Source of the DNA: Phoronis australis
Lineage: Eukaryota; Animalia; Phoronida
DNA length: 64,000 nt
Direction: 5' to 3'
Assembly: GCA_002633005.1 (NCBI GenBank)
Contig: NMRA01000075.1
Span: 882,028 to 946,027 of the forward strand
Below, one piece after another: positions 36,532-48,500 of this stretch. The first letter of the stretch is position 1. Each line of letters begins with the position of its first letter. Below the pieces are notes generated by a model. That model had not been told where the DNA came from, did not search any database, and saw nothing but the letters and a program-made list of their open reading frames with translations. Position numbers and translations under genes: made by a program.

Positions 36532-39500
36532 TTACATGTTTGTAGCCTGCTCGTCCTCCTTCATGAAGCCAGCGTTTTCTGTGCCATAAAGAGGAGGAAC
36601 GTGGTCATCCCCGAACGAGATATTGCTGTCGTCTTCCAGGTCTTCAGGACGCAACTGGTGTTGCTCGAGACCTTCCGGTTTGATGACCCTTCGCAGGGAC
36701 TGGAAGAAGATGTGAACATAATCAGGGGCATCTGCACAATTTGAGAAAAAAACGGAAATCAGTCGATATTTGCCTAAGTTATATGTTATATGAAGTGTTT
36801 TATTTCAAATTACATATTATGTAATTTGAAAATTGTTTATTTTGCGTTGAGTTTTTGTTATAGCGTTGAAAAATTACCTTGCACGACGCCAAATTTGAAG
36901 ATGACGTCATATAAATGAAACACAGCGGGTGTTCGTAATCTAAAAAATGGCGCAGCTTTGAGGTCACAAATTGGGCTGCCTCAAATTAATGATGGCTGCT
37001 CTCACAGCTCGCATCAAGGCGTGAAACTGTCACCTTGCTGTGCCTGTATCTGCGTTGGCCCTGAGTCCCGTTTTCGACACAGTACAGAGAACCTTGAGTG
37101 AAAAGACCATTAGCCTCCTAAGTAGGTATAACGTCTTCGCTATTGCAACGCACCTGACGCTTGTCGTCAAAAAACCTTTGTGGAGTAGTTCCCCGTGATC
37201 CCGTGACGCCCATTAACCTCGTTGAGAGTTAACAACAAAAGCCCCAAACCGTCACTTTTCATGATCAGTGAGTCTACTTGCTTTACCTGCCAACACGAAG
37301 AATACAAAAATAACTTGTAGGCTGCTATAACGGGTATCCAAATGGCCGAGAGTCCTGCCAAGGACCAACCTACGCCGACGGCCCAGTCGGGATAGACGTA
37401 GACACCACGTGCGCTGGTCTCGTATGTCAACTCAGAGTATTCAATGGCGCTTAAGATGAACACGGCCTGTAAAGAACAGTTCAAAAATAAAAACTAAATT
37501 CCAAGCCAAATGCAATTATAAGTTTATCTTTGTGTGACAAGACGCCATGTACTTGAATGGGGTGAAGTCGAAGGGGCGTCCCAGTGACAGATTTAAGGGG
37601 GGGGGGCAAGAGGGTCATGCCCCCCGCCTAAACTTTTCCTAGATTCCATTTGGCAGTTCGGGGTTGCGAATGTCTGACGGACAAAATTCTGGTTAGTACT
37701 CTGTCCTGCTCCTCCCAACTCATAATCCTGGATCCGCCCCTGCGTCCAACGGAACCCAGTTAGTGTGAAAATATCCAAAATACGTTAGTAGTGATTTCTT
37801 ACAGCCAATCCTGGTTGTATTTTTGAAGTGTTTAATGATGACACTGAGACATTTAAACAAGTAGAACGAGTGAACTTGTAGTTTCATGTATAATCTGAAA
37901 TAATGTCATGTTTTGGGTTTGTGCTGCACCAGAAATATGAAATAAACGTTGCTGCCTCCATTTATACTGAATGACGACCACTTACGATGCAAAATATTGG
38001 TGACGTCAGAGCCCAAGAAAACTTCATAAATGGATTGATACGGAAACCGTACATCATCTCAAGGTTGTCGTAGAAACGGTTAACTCCGTAAAGCCAAGCT
38101 ATGGCGACACATTCAAAGAAGGCTACGAAGAGAATAATTCTGCTGCCGGAGTAGTAGTCAAACAGTTGGAAGATGAACATTCCACCCTGGAAGAGTAAGC
38201 CAGTACATCGTTATAGTCACATGCATCAAAGGCAGAAGTCACGACTGATCACGTGCAAATATGTTATTATTACGTCTTTCAATGATGTAAGAGGTGACGG
38301 ATCACGTGCAAACACATTATTGTTACATGTACCAATTGTGTAATGTTATTTCCAAGCGGAGATCAAACCATGGGCTCAGCACGTGAAAACCTCGCTTGAT
38401 AGTTCACCTTGGAACAGTAGTAGATGGTTGCGGAAAGACTGGATGTGAGTTTTAAAGGAGCATTGTCGATTTTACAGCCGAAAACGCGTTTTGGGGAGTA
38501 TACTTAGATGGGGTAAACTTTTTGAAGCAAATAAATTTGACAAAAGTTACAAAACAGTAAAATCACTAGTATATGTGTGAGTTGATTATAAATCGCCAAT
38601 TATCCCCATTGTCCGCGATACATTCGCTGAAATCAAGATCGATAACTAACTAAATACGCTTAGGTAGAACTCAACAAAAGGTGATCAAATCTGGCTAAAT
38701 TTAGAGCATCATATCTCAGAAATAGCTTAGAGCTTCCATGTGAAACTTGCATACACAGAACGAGTGGCGGAGACGAGACGTTATTCCTTGCATCGACCGA
38801 AACCGAAGATCGGGACGATGACGCGGAATAATATATGTGGAGTGGAATATTATTTCATCAACGCCAATCGAGTTATGTTTTGTATTTATTTCATACGCTT
38901 GGAATTCTTAAATTTCTTTTCTTTTTGCAGCAGATTTTTCAAATACTTTACCCAGACTGTTCACGTGACAGATCACAGCCTATAGTGCATGTACTTGTGC
39001 GTTATGTTACAAGTTTACTCTAGTAAAAGAAAACAAGATTTTAAAAGTGTATCGAATTATTACATTAAAAGAGATTACAACGGTAATAGTTCATTCAATT
39101 TTTGAAAATAATTGAATTACAAGAATATTTAATATTGTAATTACCGAGAAATCTGTGCCGCCCTTTGACGATAATATTTTAGCAAATAAAACTGAGATCA
39201 AAGAGTTATGTACCAGATGTTATGTTTGTGACCTGAATGCATGTTGAGTGTTACTTATACTGTTGTAACTTCATTTCTTTAAAATTATTTTGGAAAAGTT
39301 TGAAGTGACTGAGCCGGCTAGCGACGTCCAGTCATCATTGACCTACGGCCCTTTTTACTTTCCATGTCAGAGTATAGAGGGCACTGTTAAAAGTAGTCTC
39401 GAGAGTGCAACACGGAAAACAATGCCACATGGCCGTATTGCATTCAACTTATTGAACACGTCCATGTATGGGATCAAGTGCTTGTTGCACTGCTCGCTAC

Positions 39501-42500
39501 ACTTTTGCATAAGGAGCTATAAAAATGGACTTTGTACTTTTGCTGAAATGAGATTTCCATTTTTCAGAAATTGTTGTGTGGATCGTAAGACCAAATTTGT
39601 TAAAGGTATAAGAAAATTTTATGGAACAGAGCCCATAGAATTTGGCATGGGAACGTTGGGGTCTTGGGTTCGAATTCGCGTTGGGGATGTTTTCAGCAAA
39701 TCACTTTACTGGCCGATAATGTCGCTTTAAGATCTCCTCGAAAAAGCGAGTCAAGATATATTTGTGAATTTTAAAACGCCAGTACACAGTGAGGACTATT
39801 GTTAGCGAACATCCGACCCAGAGGTTCAAAAACTGGGAAAACCCGCATTTAGGATAACGAAACGTTCAAAGACCAAGTGTAATTGTGTTTGAAGGAGACT
39901 TCTGGACTCCATTGTGTACGGTAGCATTTTGTAGTGCACATCTATTTAGAAACTTACGATTTATTGGATACTTCTACAATACATTTATGCATTGTTATAT
40001 TCTGTAAACCACAATTTGAAGATGTGTTGTTATATTATGTGCAATGCAAGATGCATTGCTATAATTCAACAATGCAATATGCATTGCTACGTGTCTAACC
40101 GATGATGTAAGATGTAAGTTGACAACACTTACGTGAGTCACCATACTTAGACCGATGAGGTACATAGTCAGGCAAGTGAAACCAATGAATATCGGCTTCC
40201 TCCATTTGCCTTGCACGGCTGGCACCATGTCAGACACGGCAGTGACGAAACCTTCCACGCCGACAAACTGAAACAAAGGTAAAGCGACAAAACCGTTGCA
40301 ACTCTAGAAAAGCAGTGCACGCCCTCAACCGAACCCTTCAAAACGTTTTCGAAAAGAGTGAGCTCCATTACCAGGTGGCCCGGTTTCTGGTTGAACGCCC
40401 CGATAAACAATCCTAAGAAACCTTTAGGGGCGAGCTGGAAACTGTGGTGCCGGTGCTTAAATGAACCAGAATGGTAATAAATATTGTGGAACTTGACCTT
40501 TTCAAAGCATCCGTGATGCCCAAAACGCTCGTAACTCTGACAACCATGTGGACTCGTGCGAGCTTATTTCGTGACTGCTTCGCGGACGATAATTGTGTTT
40601 GGCAAATGTATCTTAAAACGGGGCCGTCCTTTGGATTCTATGAAGAAATAGGGAGAAACTATCAGCTTTTCCAAAAATATTCATTATAATAATGAGAAAT
40701 AAACGTCACAGATACTGTCAGCCATGAGAATATAGCTGATGTGACGTATACAGAGCTTACCTGGCTGTCAAGTCAATATAGCTAATGTGACGTATACAGT
40801 GCTTACCTGGCTGTCAAGTCCTAGTAGAATTAGCATGAGGAAGAAGAAGACAGACCATAGAGGCGTTATAGGCATTTCAGCCAATGCTTTGGGGTAAGCA
40901 ATGAAGGCTAACCCAGGGCCTGAAAGGAGGAATCACTCGTGTAACACACTTTCTTGCCAGTGGATTTGAAGATCTCTTCTGTCCTAGAAGACATGCGTAT
41001 GTGCGGGGCCCCAGAAATGAAATGAAAATAAATAATGCATGTCGTGCGAACGACATACTAAGTCGTGAGAATAATTTAGTATCTCGTATTTCATGCCCCT
41101 GTGGGGGCTCCGTACGAATGCTGGAAGAGGCGTGTTTTCACTATTTTTTCAGGTACATTCGCACACGCAGTCATCTCTACAATTCTAAACAAAACACACC
41201 CCCTGTGTAGCCTTATCTTGCAAAATTTGGACGTTACTAGAATTTTTAACACCTACAGTGAATGTTTTCCTCATTATTATAAAGGTACACAATCGTAGTA
41301 ATCGGGCAGTGAAAATCACATCTCATTTGTGCATTACGTCGTTCACACGCGACACATAAAGAGCCCCAGTATGAGCGATACAAAGGCCGAATTTTGTACC
41401 TTTGACATTCATGTACTTTCTATAATCTTCTTTACATTCTCAATGATGATATTTTAACACTTTCTAGAAAATGGTATTATTTAATATTTTTGGAATGTGA
41501 AGGGGCCGTGGTTTTCAGGAAGGCTAAGTTTTTTAAATATAAACTATTTTTGTTGTTCTTTGTTTTCAACAAGCATAAAATCAATATAAATCCACAATTC
41601 AGTGATTTGTCTCTCTCACACACTTGCTCGACTTTTTCACGCAAGTGGCGGATTGGAAGCGTTTTTGGAAATGAGAATTCATCTGGTTGTACGTGGATAG
41701 CAGATTTCAAATGAGTGCACTTTTGACGATCCTGTTGTCTAACCTGACTTCGCTACGTCTGCAACGCTTACACCCTGTTGATCGGCCATGTACCCCAGCG
41801 TTGAAAATATGACAAATCCAGCGAATAGACTCGTACCGCTGTTAAAGCAGGCAAATATGATGGAGTCTCTGAAAGATAATTTTTTTTCATTCGTTACTGT
41901 ATTACCCTAAGTTTCATTTAATCTCCTATGGCGCAGCAATTTTTATTTTGAAACTTTTGCTCTTGTCTGAAAAGCGTGTAATTGGCGAGTTTAATGGAAG
42001 AGGACTTGTTTCAAAGTCACAACGAGAAAGTGGGTAGGCATCCAAGACGGGTGAATGTGTGAAATGTTTGTAGCTAGGACCAATAGCCCCAGGTTTGTAG
42101 TCACTGGTAAATGACGACTGCAATAGAAGACAAACACAGACTGAGTAGTTGTACACAATTAGTTATCTATATATGCACAAAATATATTTAAAATGCTCAG
42201 TCGAGTTCAAGTGGGTTATGTTAACCTAGTGTTAACGAACAAGGCGTCATGCAGCCGATTTCATAAAGGTGGTTTTAACTTAAACCTGGTTTAAACTGGA
42301 CTTAGACCAAGTTTAAAGATAATCCGCGTTTCATAAAGGTGGTTTTAAGTTAAACCTGGTTTAAACTGGACTTAGGCCAGGTTTAAAGATAATCTGCGTT
42401 TCATAAAGGTGGCTTAACTTTTAGACCAGTAGCCTAATAAAACCTGGTTTAACTCTAGTTAAGACCTGGTCTGAGTAACTTTTCATTTCACCAGCGAGAT

Positions 42501-45500
42501 CTATATTCTTTATACCTGTAATAAAGGCGAAGGCAACCTTTTTNAACAAGGCCTCACACAGCCGATTTCATAAAGGTGGTTTTAAGTTAAACCTGGTTTA
42601 AACTGGACTTAGACCAGGTTTAAAGATAATCTGCGTTTCATAAAAGTAACTCACCGGCAATTTCCGTACTGTCCTTGACCTCGAGCGGCAACCGATGGAC
42701 GTGCGCGAGGGTTTTTTGTGAACATTTTTGTTCTTTGACTGCGAATTTCTTACGAAGCCGCCGGAACAGGACACCGTGAATGGTATTGGGAGAAAGAACA
42801 ATTCTTCATGGTTTGTTGAACCTCTGTTTTGTGTAAATTTATTGAGTTTTACGTTTGCTATGGACGGGTGAAGTGAAGCACCCGTGGAATTTCTGGTCGG
42901 AAGTGTCATACCTTGTAGTATTATATGTAGTGTATTGGTGACGATCAGAAGCTGAGGACGCCTGTGATTTTTTAAAGAAAATGGAATCTGAGTGATGATG
43001 AAAAAACAGAAGCTGCTGGTAAGATGTCACTTTTAATAGAAGCCTTAGTGAATCGCTCAGAAACTCGTAATTCTCTCTTTGTCAAACATTAACTTAAGAC
43101 GATTTCCAAAGCAATCGCGTCATTATTGCCACTGAACACAAAAACGGATTTGGTCTTTTGGGAAATTGAAGACTATTTTAAATACAACAAATTTGTTACG
43201 AACTGATTGCAAAAAATATAAAACATGTAATAAGCATTACAAAAAGAAGGTTTCGCGTGCAAACGCTGTGGACCATAAACAAGTAGGTCTCTCTCGCTGG
43301 TTCCCTGCGTTCCGCTAGGTGGGGCGGTAGCCGCGCCAGCACGCAGATATCGCTTAATTTTTCTCGATAATTTTTTTTACCCCGGCGTTTCTGATTGGCT
43401 AGTCGAATTCTCAACAGGTAGCGCTTTACGCAAACAAACTGGCATGACTGATGGACTGAAGAGTAAATGTGGTCTGTTGTACAGACAAATCGGTGCTTAA
43501 AATTTATGTTCAGGAAATGTGAAGCCAAGACATTGTGATGGCGCAGGCGAAATGCATCTTTCTACTGTCGATGACTTTTGTTTACTATAGTGTCCTGTAT
43601 TCATACAGTATGAATAACACACCGGTTAAATCGGCCAGATATGTGTTTATTGTACATGTATGTGCTTCAAGCACTCGGTTATTAAACATCACTGCAGAAA
43701 CAAAATAGTTGCTACGACGCCACATGCATGACAAGGCTAAAAATCGTTCACAGTCCGCCTATTTTTCACGGTGTTGTAAAGCTAACCAATGACTGTCGAG
43801 GTTATATCGACCAATGCTAAAGCGCGTGCCACTGCGTGATACCTGCGTGCTGACTGGGCTAAGCACGCAGGGAACCAGCGAGGTAGGTCTCTTAGTATCA
43901 AATTAAGGAGTTAAATCGTTGTGGTGGAGTGGTAAAGCACGCGCGCTCTATCCGCCAGGTCGTGAGTTCGAGTCTGTAGCACTTGCAGATTTTCCTGTTT
44001 GACACTTTCTCCGTTTTTTTTTTGCCTTTTTTCTTGGATAATACNTTGGATAATTCTACGGGAATCAAGGAAAATGCTTGATTTTTAGAGGAAAAAACAG
44101 AAAAAATTTCCTGGGCGGGAGGGGGGGCGACCTCCCCCATTCGGTGCTAAGCGCATCTAAAATCGTGCTTTGAGCAAATGTTTACAGACAAAATTTTGGG
44201 CTCCACTTGTGATAGCCTAGATCCACCACTGTATAGGTGCAACTGAATGATGCCGCGGTGGGCATTTACGACGCAGTTTTAGAGTGAAAATGGACTATTT
44301 TCAATATTCACTTTTACGACGACACAAGATCAAACGTAGTAGGGGCGGATCCACAACTTTAAGGGAGGAGGTCGGTCAAGTACTTTTTAAAAGGGGGGAC
44401 CAAGTCAACAATTTGAAAATTATAGATTTGATATCAATAAAATCAAGGGAAAATGGGGGTCCGGACCCCTTAATCCCCTCAGATCCGGTTATGTGTAGAC
44501 CAGTACGTGCTGGATGGTGTGCCTTCCGGATTTCTCAGAGTACGACTGGTCGAGCAGGGCGTCATCGTCGTAAGCGCTACGGGTTTGACTGAAGACAGCA
44601 TCTTCTGATTCTTCTGAGATCCACCTCCATTGGTCTCCGATTTACAGTGTAATGTTGCCGGGAAGGGGTCTTGCCCCCCTCCCTTTGGCCGCGAAAAATA
44701 AACACTAAAATGCCGGGCATGGAAATAAATTTGGACATTTATCATGTTGCGGCTAATCGCGAGCATGTACTTTAATGTGTGTATGTGTGTTGGGCACAGA
44801 CAGTATATTTCTCCTTATGACAAAAGCTTTTAGACCTCTTTCGCAAATGTCTGCATTGATTCTACTAGCGTGTGCCATTGTATACCCATGTGATCAAGGT
44901 TTCATTGAAGCACTTCCATAGTTTCTTTGTTGGGTTAATTCAGACCGATACATCAGGGTGACTTAGATACGTTAAACCTGGTTTTACTAAACCGGCTCCC
45001 TGGTCTAACAAACCAGTCTTTCAGACTTTTAAACCACGTTGGTGAAATGCAAGCTAGGTCTAAAATTAGACCAGGTTTAGAAAGACCAGATTTAAATCTT
45101 AAGCCTGGTTTTGTTAAACCACCTTTATGAAATCGACTGCCAGTGTTTCACGTTATATTACGTAACCAGCTACTCGACAGTGTAACACGCTTACGACGGC
45201 AACATCGAAATTGTCAGTCATTACCTGTACGAGTTGTGGTGGAACTTGTTGAAGCTTCCAAGCGCAGTCAATGATCCTAAACTGATGGAATAGGAGAAAA
45301 AAATCTGCGTGCCAGCATCAACCCAAACCTAAGGAAGAAATTGTGAGATATTTTCTCAATCAACTCATCAACACCCATAACTTGACCATTTATTCACAAC
45401 TGTCGGGTTGTTGTTAAGACCACTGTGGACATGTGGGGGACCTCATCTCGTGTGAGGAAAGGAAATTATGAAAAACAAGAAAACATATATAATGGACTTT

Positions 45501-48500
45501 CAAGAATCTGCATGGCGATTGAATAGTTGTCACCAATCGAAAATGAAACAGCGGGACACCAGGATCTAGGCAATCGTGCAATGGGCAAATGTACGTTGCA
45601 ACACCCAAAAACATACCGAACGGCGTTTTAATTTAGTCTATGAAATGGAAGGGCGAAATGTGGGTTAATCGTGTGTAATAGTGTGGAGCTGTGCAAAGAT
45701 ATGCAATAACAATTTTCACTGAAAAATCTGTCATTTTTCTGACTTTCTACTTTAATATTGTCTTTTTGGTAAAATGCCGGTTTTTGAGTGTGTGCAGATG
45801 ATAAACGCAGGGAATCTCAAAACCCGATGATGGTGCTAACGATACGCCTGAATCACTAGACGGAGCAGTCTTACAAATGGCATCGCAGGCTCACTATCTC
45901 GAAACTGGTTATAAAACTTGAGGTAGCAGTCAGTTCAAACATATAAACAAATGCTGGATTTCAGTCACGCAGTAGGAACACCTTACTAATTCTCTTCTTT
46001 TACTAAAATAAATATAGATTATTACATGGCGAAGTCGTTATCCCCCGTTATCTAGAGCCCGAGTGGATTTTGGAGAATTATCGCCCGAGGGATCCCGACG
46101 ACACGATACCCGCATTCAAATTGGAGATCGGTGATTTACAAGTGAGAGAACAGGAGAGAAAAATTTCACTGAATCAGAATATTGTTTTTATGGAAATTAT
46201 GCGTCTTGTTTTTCATAGCGAATAAATGTCGGTAAAATGCCCTTTGCTGAACATGTGATTGTTGCGCGTGCTCATTTAAGTATTCTATTTTCACGCTTGA
46301 TGACGTCAGCCGCTGAGTGGTGTAGTGGTAAAGTCGGAGACTCGAAACTCTTGAGGCTCGGGTTCGAAACCGGTCTCGGTTTCCCGCCAAAACGTAATCT
46401 CACTAGTGAGATAACTAAATGGGTTATTACACGGTTGTATTTGTCATTCGACGCTAATATTGTGGTATAAGTGAACTTACTTTGTACCTATGTGAGTAAT
46501 CATTACTCAAATAAATATAACTTCAAAGAGACCTTCCTTTGTACCTGTTTATCGAGTAACTTTTGAAAATCTGGATTCAGGTAAAAGATGATACCATCAA
46601 CAGCTCCTGGTAGTGTGACCCCTCGAACAAGAAGAATTGTCATGAATATGTAGGGGGAGGTTGCGGTCACATACATCACCTGAAATAATAGCAACACAAA
46701 GATTGGTTTATAACAAGACGATCAAGTCTGATAACCAAGCTTACACAACGAAAAGAGTCTATTATAGGTTGCTGCTCCTGCCGCCACTGCTGCCGCCGCT
46801 CCGACCGCCGCCACCACTGCCTCCGCCGCTGACGCTGTTAAAGTGGCGCGTTGCGCTGTATACGAGATTTAGTGTAGTAATTATTGATGCTAGAAGCTTC
46901 TTTCATGGTCAAAGAGAGACGTCCTTGGTGATGGTTCTGTTGATGACGGCATGCAGCCAGTCATAAATCAACCTTACCGAGGACAATATCTAACATATGA
47001 ATATAGAACATCTACAACAGTGTTTCGTTGTGAATGCCTGGCTCTACGAATGGGTTTTTGATCCTTTCACTGACGAAGCAATTGCTGTACAAAATCATGG
47101 CTGTCAGTCGAGGGTTTAAAATGATTGCGAGCATGCAGCATAAACAACAGTCAAGCACAGTTTTGGGACCCCCGCTAGCTCTATTTCCAACATCGTGTTT
47201 ATTCTGTTGATCAGGTTTACTGTATCCTAGTTGAGAGCTGCGTACTCGGGTCTTACCAAAGTCTTACGAATGCGATTCTGGGATTACCTATTCTTATTTT
47301 GCAACCCAAAACGAATGTTATTGGTTTTGTGGGAGTCGATGCGCGTCTTGACCGATTTGTCTTGTAAGCAGCAGCTACTTGATTTTGTTTGTGAACAGGG
47401 CGCATTAAACTAAAATAGTTCTGCACAGGAAAAAAACGGAATTTGCCACACTTTTGTTTCCCTCCATTGTTGATTTGAATTGGGGAAGTGTTGTCGGAAG
47501 TGATACAGATATTTACGTGGTTTTAACGTGGACGTTGAAAATTCAAATGGACGTCCAGTAAACATAATTTTCAAGAGAACACCGATCTCGTTATAACTCA
47601 GCTCGTGAGCCATCGCCAATCGTTACGCTTTTAATTACAAAGGCTAGCTATTGTTATATGTTGAACACTTTAGTATAGGAAAACTCCATCATCGTGAAGT
47701 CTTTTAGGAATATGAATGGCGTGCAGAGGGGGCCAATATGTGCCTTTGAAGGTAGTGACAGTCTTCGTTTCTGAGTCATTCGACGTTGTTTTATACCAAA
47801 TCATGAACGAGAATACACCGGAGTCGTATCGTCTTCGCTAGGTACATGTACTTTCGTCTAATCCACGAGTAGTGAAGCTTTGCCTGTGTCAGAAATTATG
47901 TGCGTGTGCCGTTATCTCTCTTCCTATCTCTTTCTCTCTTGTTACACTTCACAGTCGAACTCGAGTATTCCAAAAAAGGCTCAGGTTAGCGCATTTAGAG
48001 TTAGCAATGGTGAGATGTGGGTATGTAGTTCAAGAGTGCAGTGTTAGGGTGCAGTGAGCAGTAACTTGAGTAAGTTGTTTAGGCGCCCCGTTAATAAGGG
48101 TCCTCGGTCAAAGGTCGTAGGTCAAAGGGGCAATGTCAAAGGTCACGTGCGACACGTGCAATCGGAAGTGACGTCATCCGCCTACCGGAAGGAAGTGACA
48201 ATGACGTCACAATTTATTACGTTATAGGTTTAATTGGACCTGGTAGAGTGGGACCTCGATCCAAGGTCAAGGTCATGCGTGTAACTGGAAGTAATCGGTA
48301 AACCGGGAGGTTGATTTGGAAATCACATGACTGCTGACGTCATTAGGTAAGTTAGGGCGAGGCACCGTCCACCACCCGGATGTTCTGACTCTGAAAAGAC
48401 GTTGAATACGTTGTGTTTGTAGAGTTTAACTGATCGAGAGTGGAAACAAACTAGGGATTACGCTGCGTACTGTAAAAGAACAAAAGGTGGATTTCCTTAT

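Larger units (their letters stand above)
42251..45140. mobile_element. Non-autonomous PIF/Harbinger-like element with nested insertions
   Basis: TIRs GCAGCCGATTTCATAAAGGTGGTTT / AAACCACCTTTATGAAATCGACTGC with subterminal aaacctggttt repeats; a possible degenerate Myb/SANT-like remnant on the minus strand ([20 protein letters not shown], ~44610-44935); absent from copy A intron 6. Confidence 0.7.

Noticed and set aside
42650-43030. Coding-like fragment ([18 protein letters not shown]) resembling a retroelement gag start
   Set aside because: Too short and broken to assign without a database search.
43915-43980. tRNA gene candidate (also 46308-46385)
   Set aside because: A/B boxes are present but acceptor and anticodon stems do not pair convincingly; treated as SINE-like fragments.
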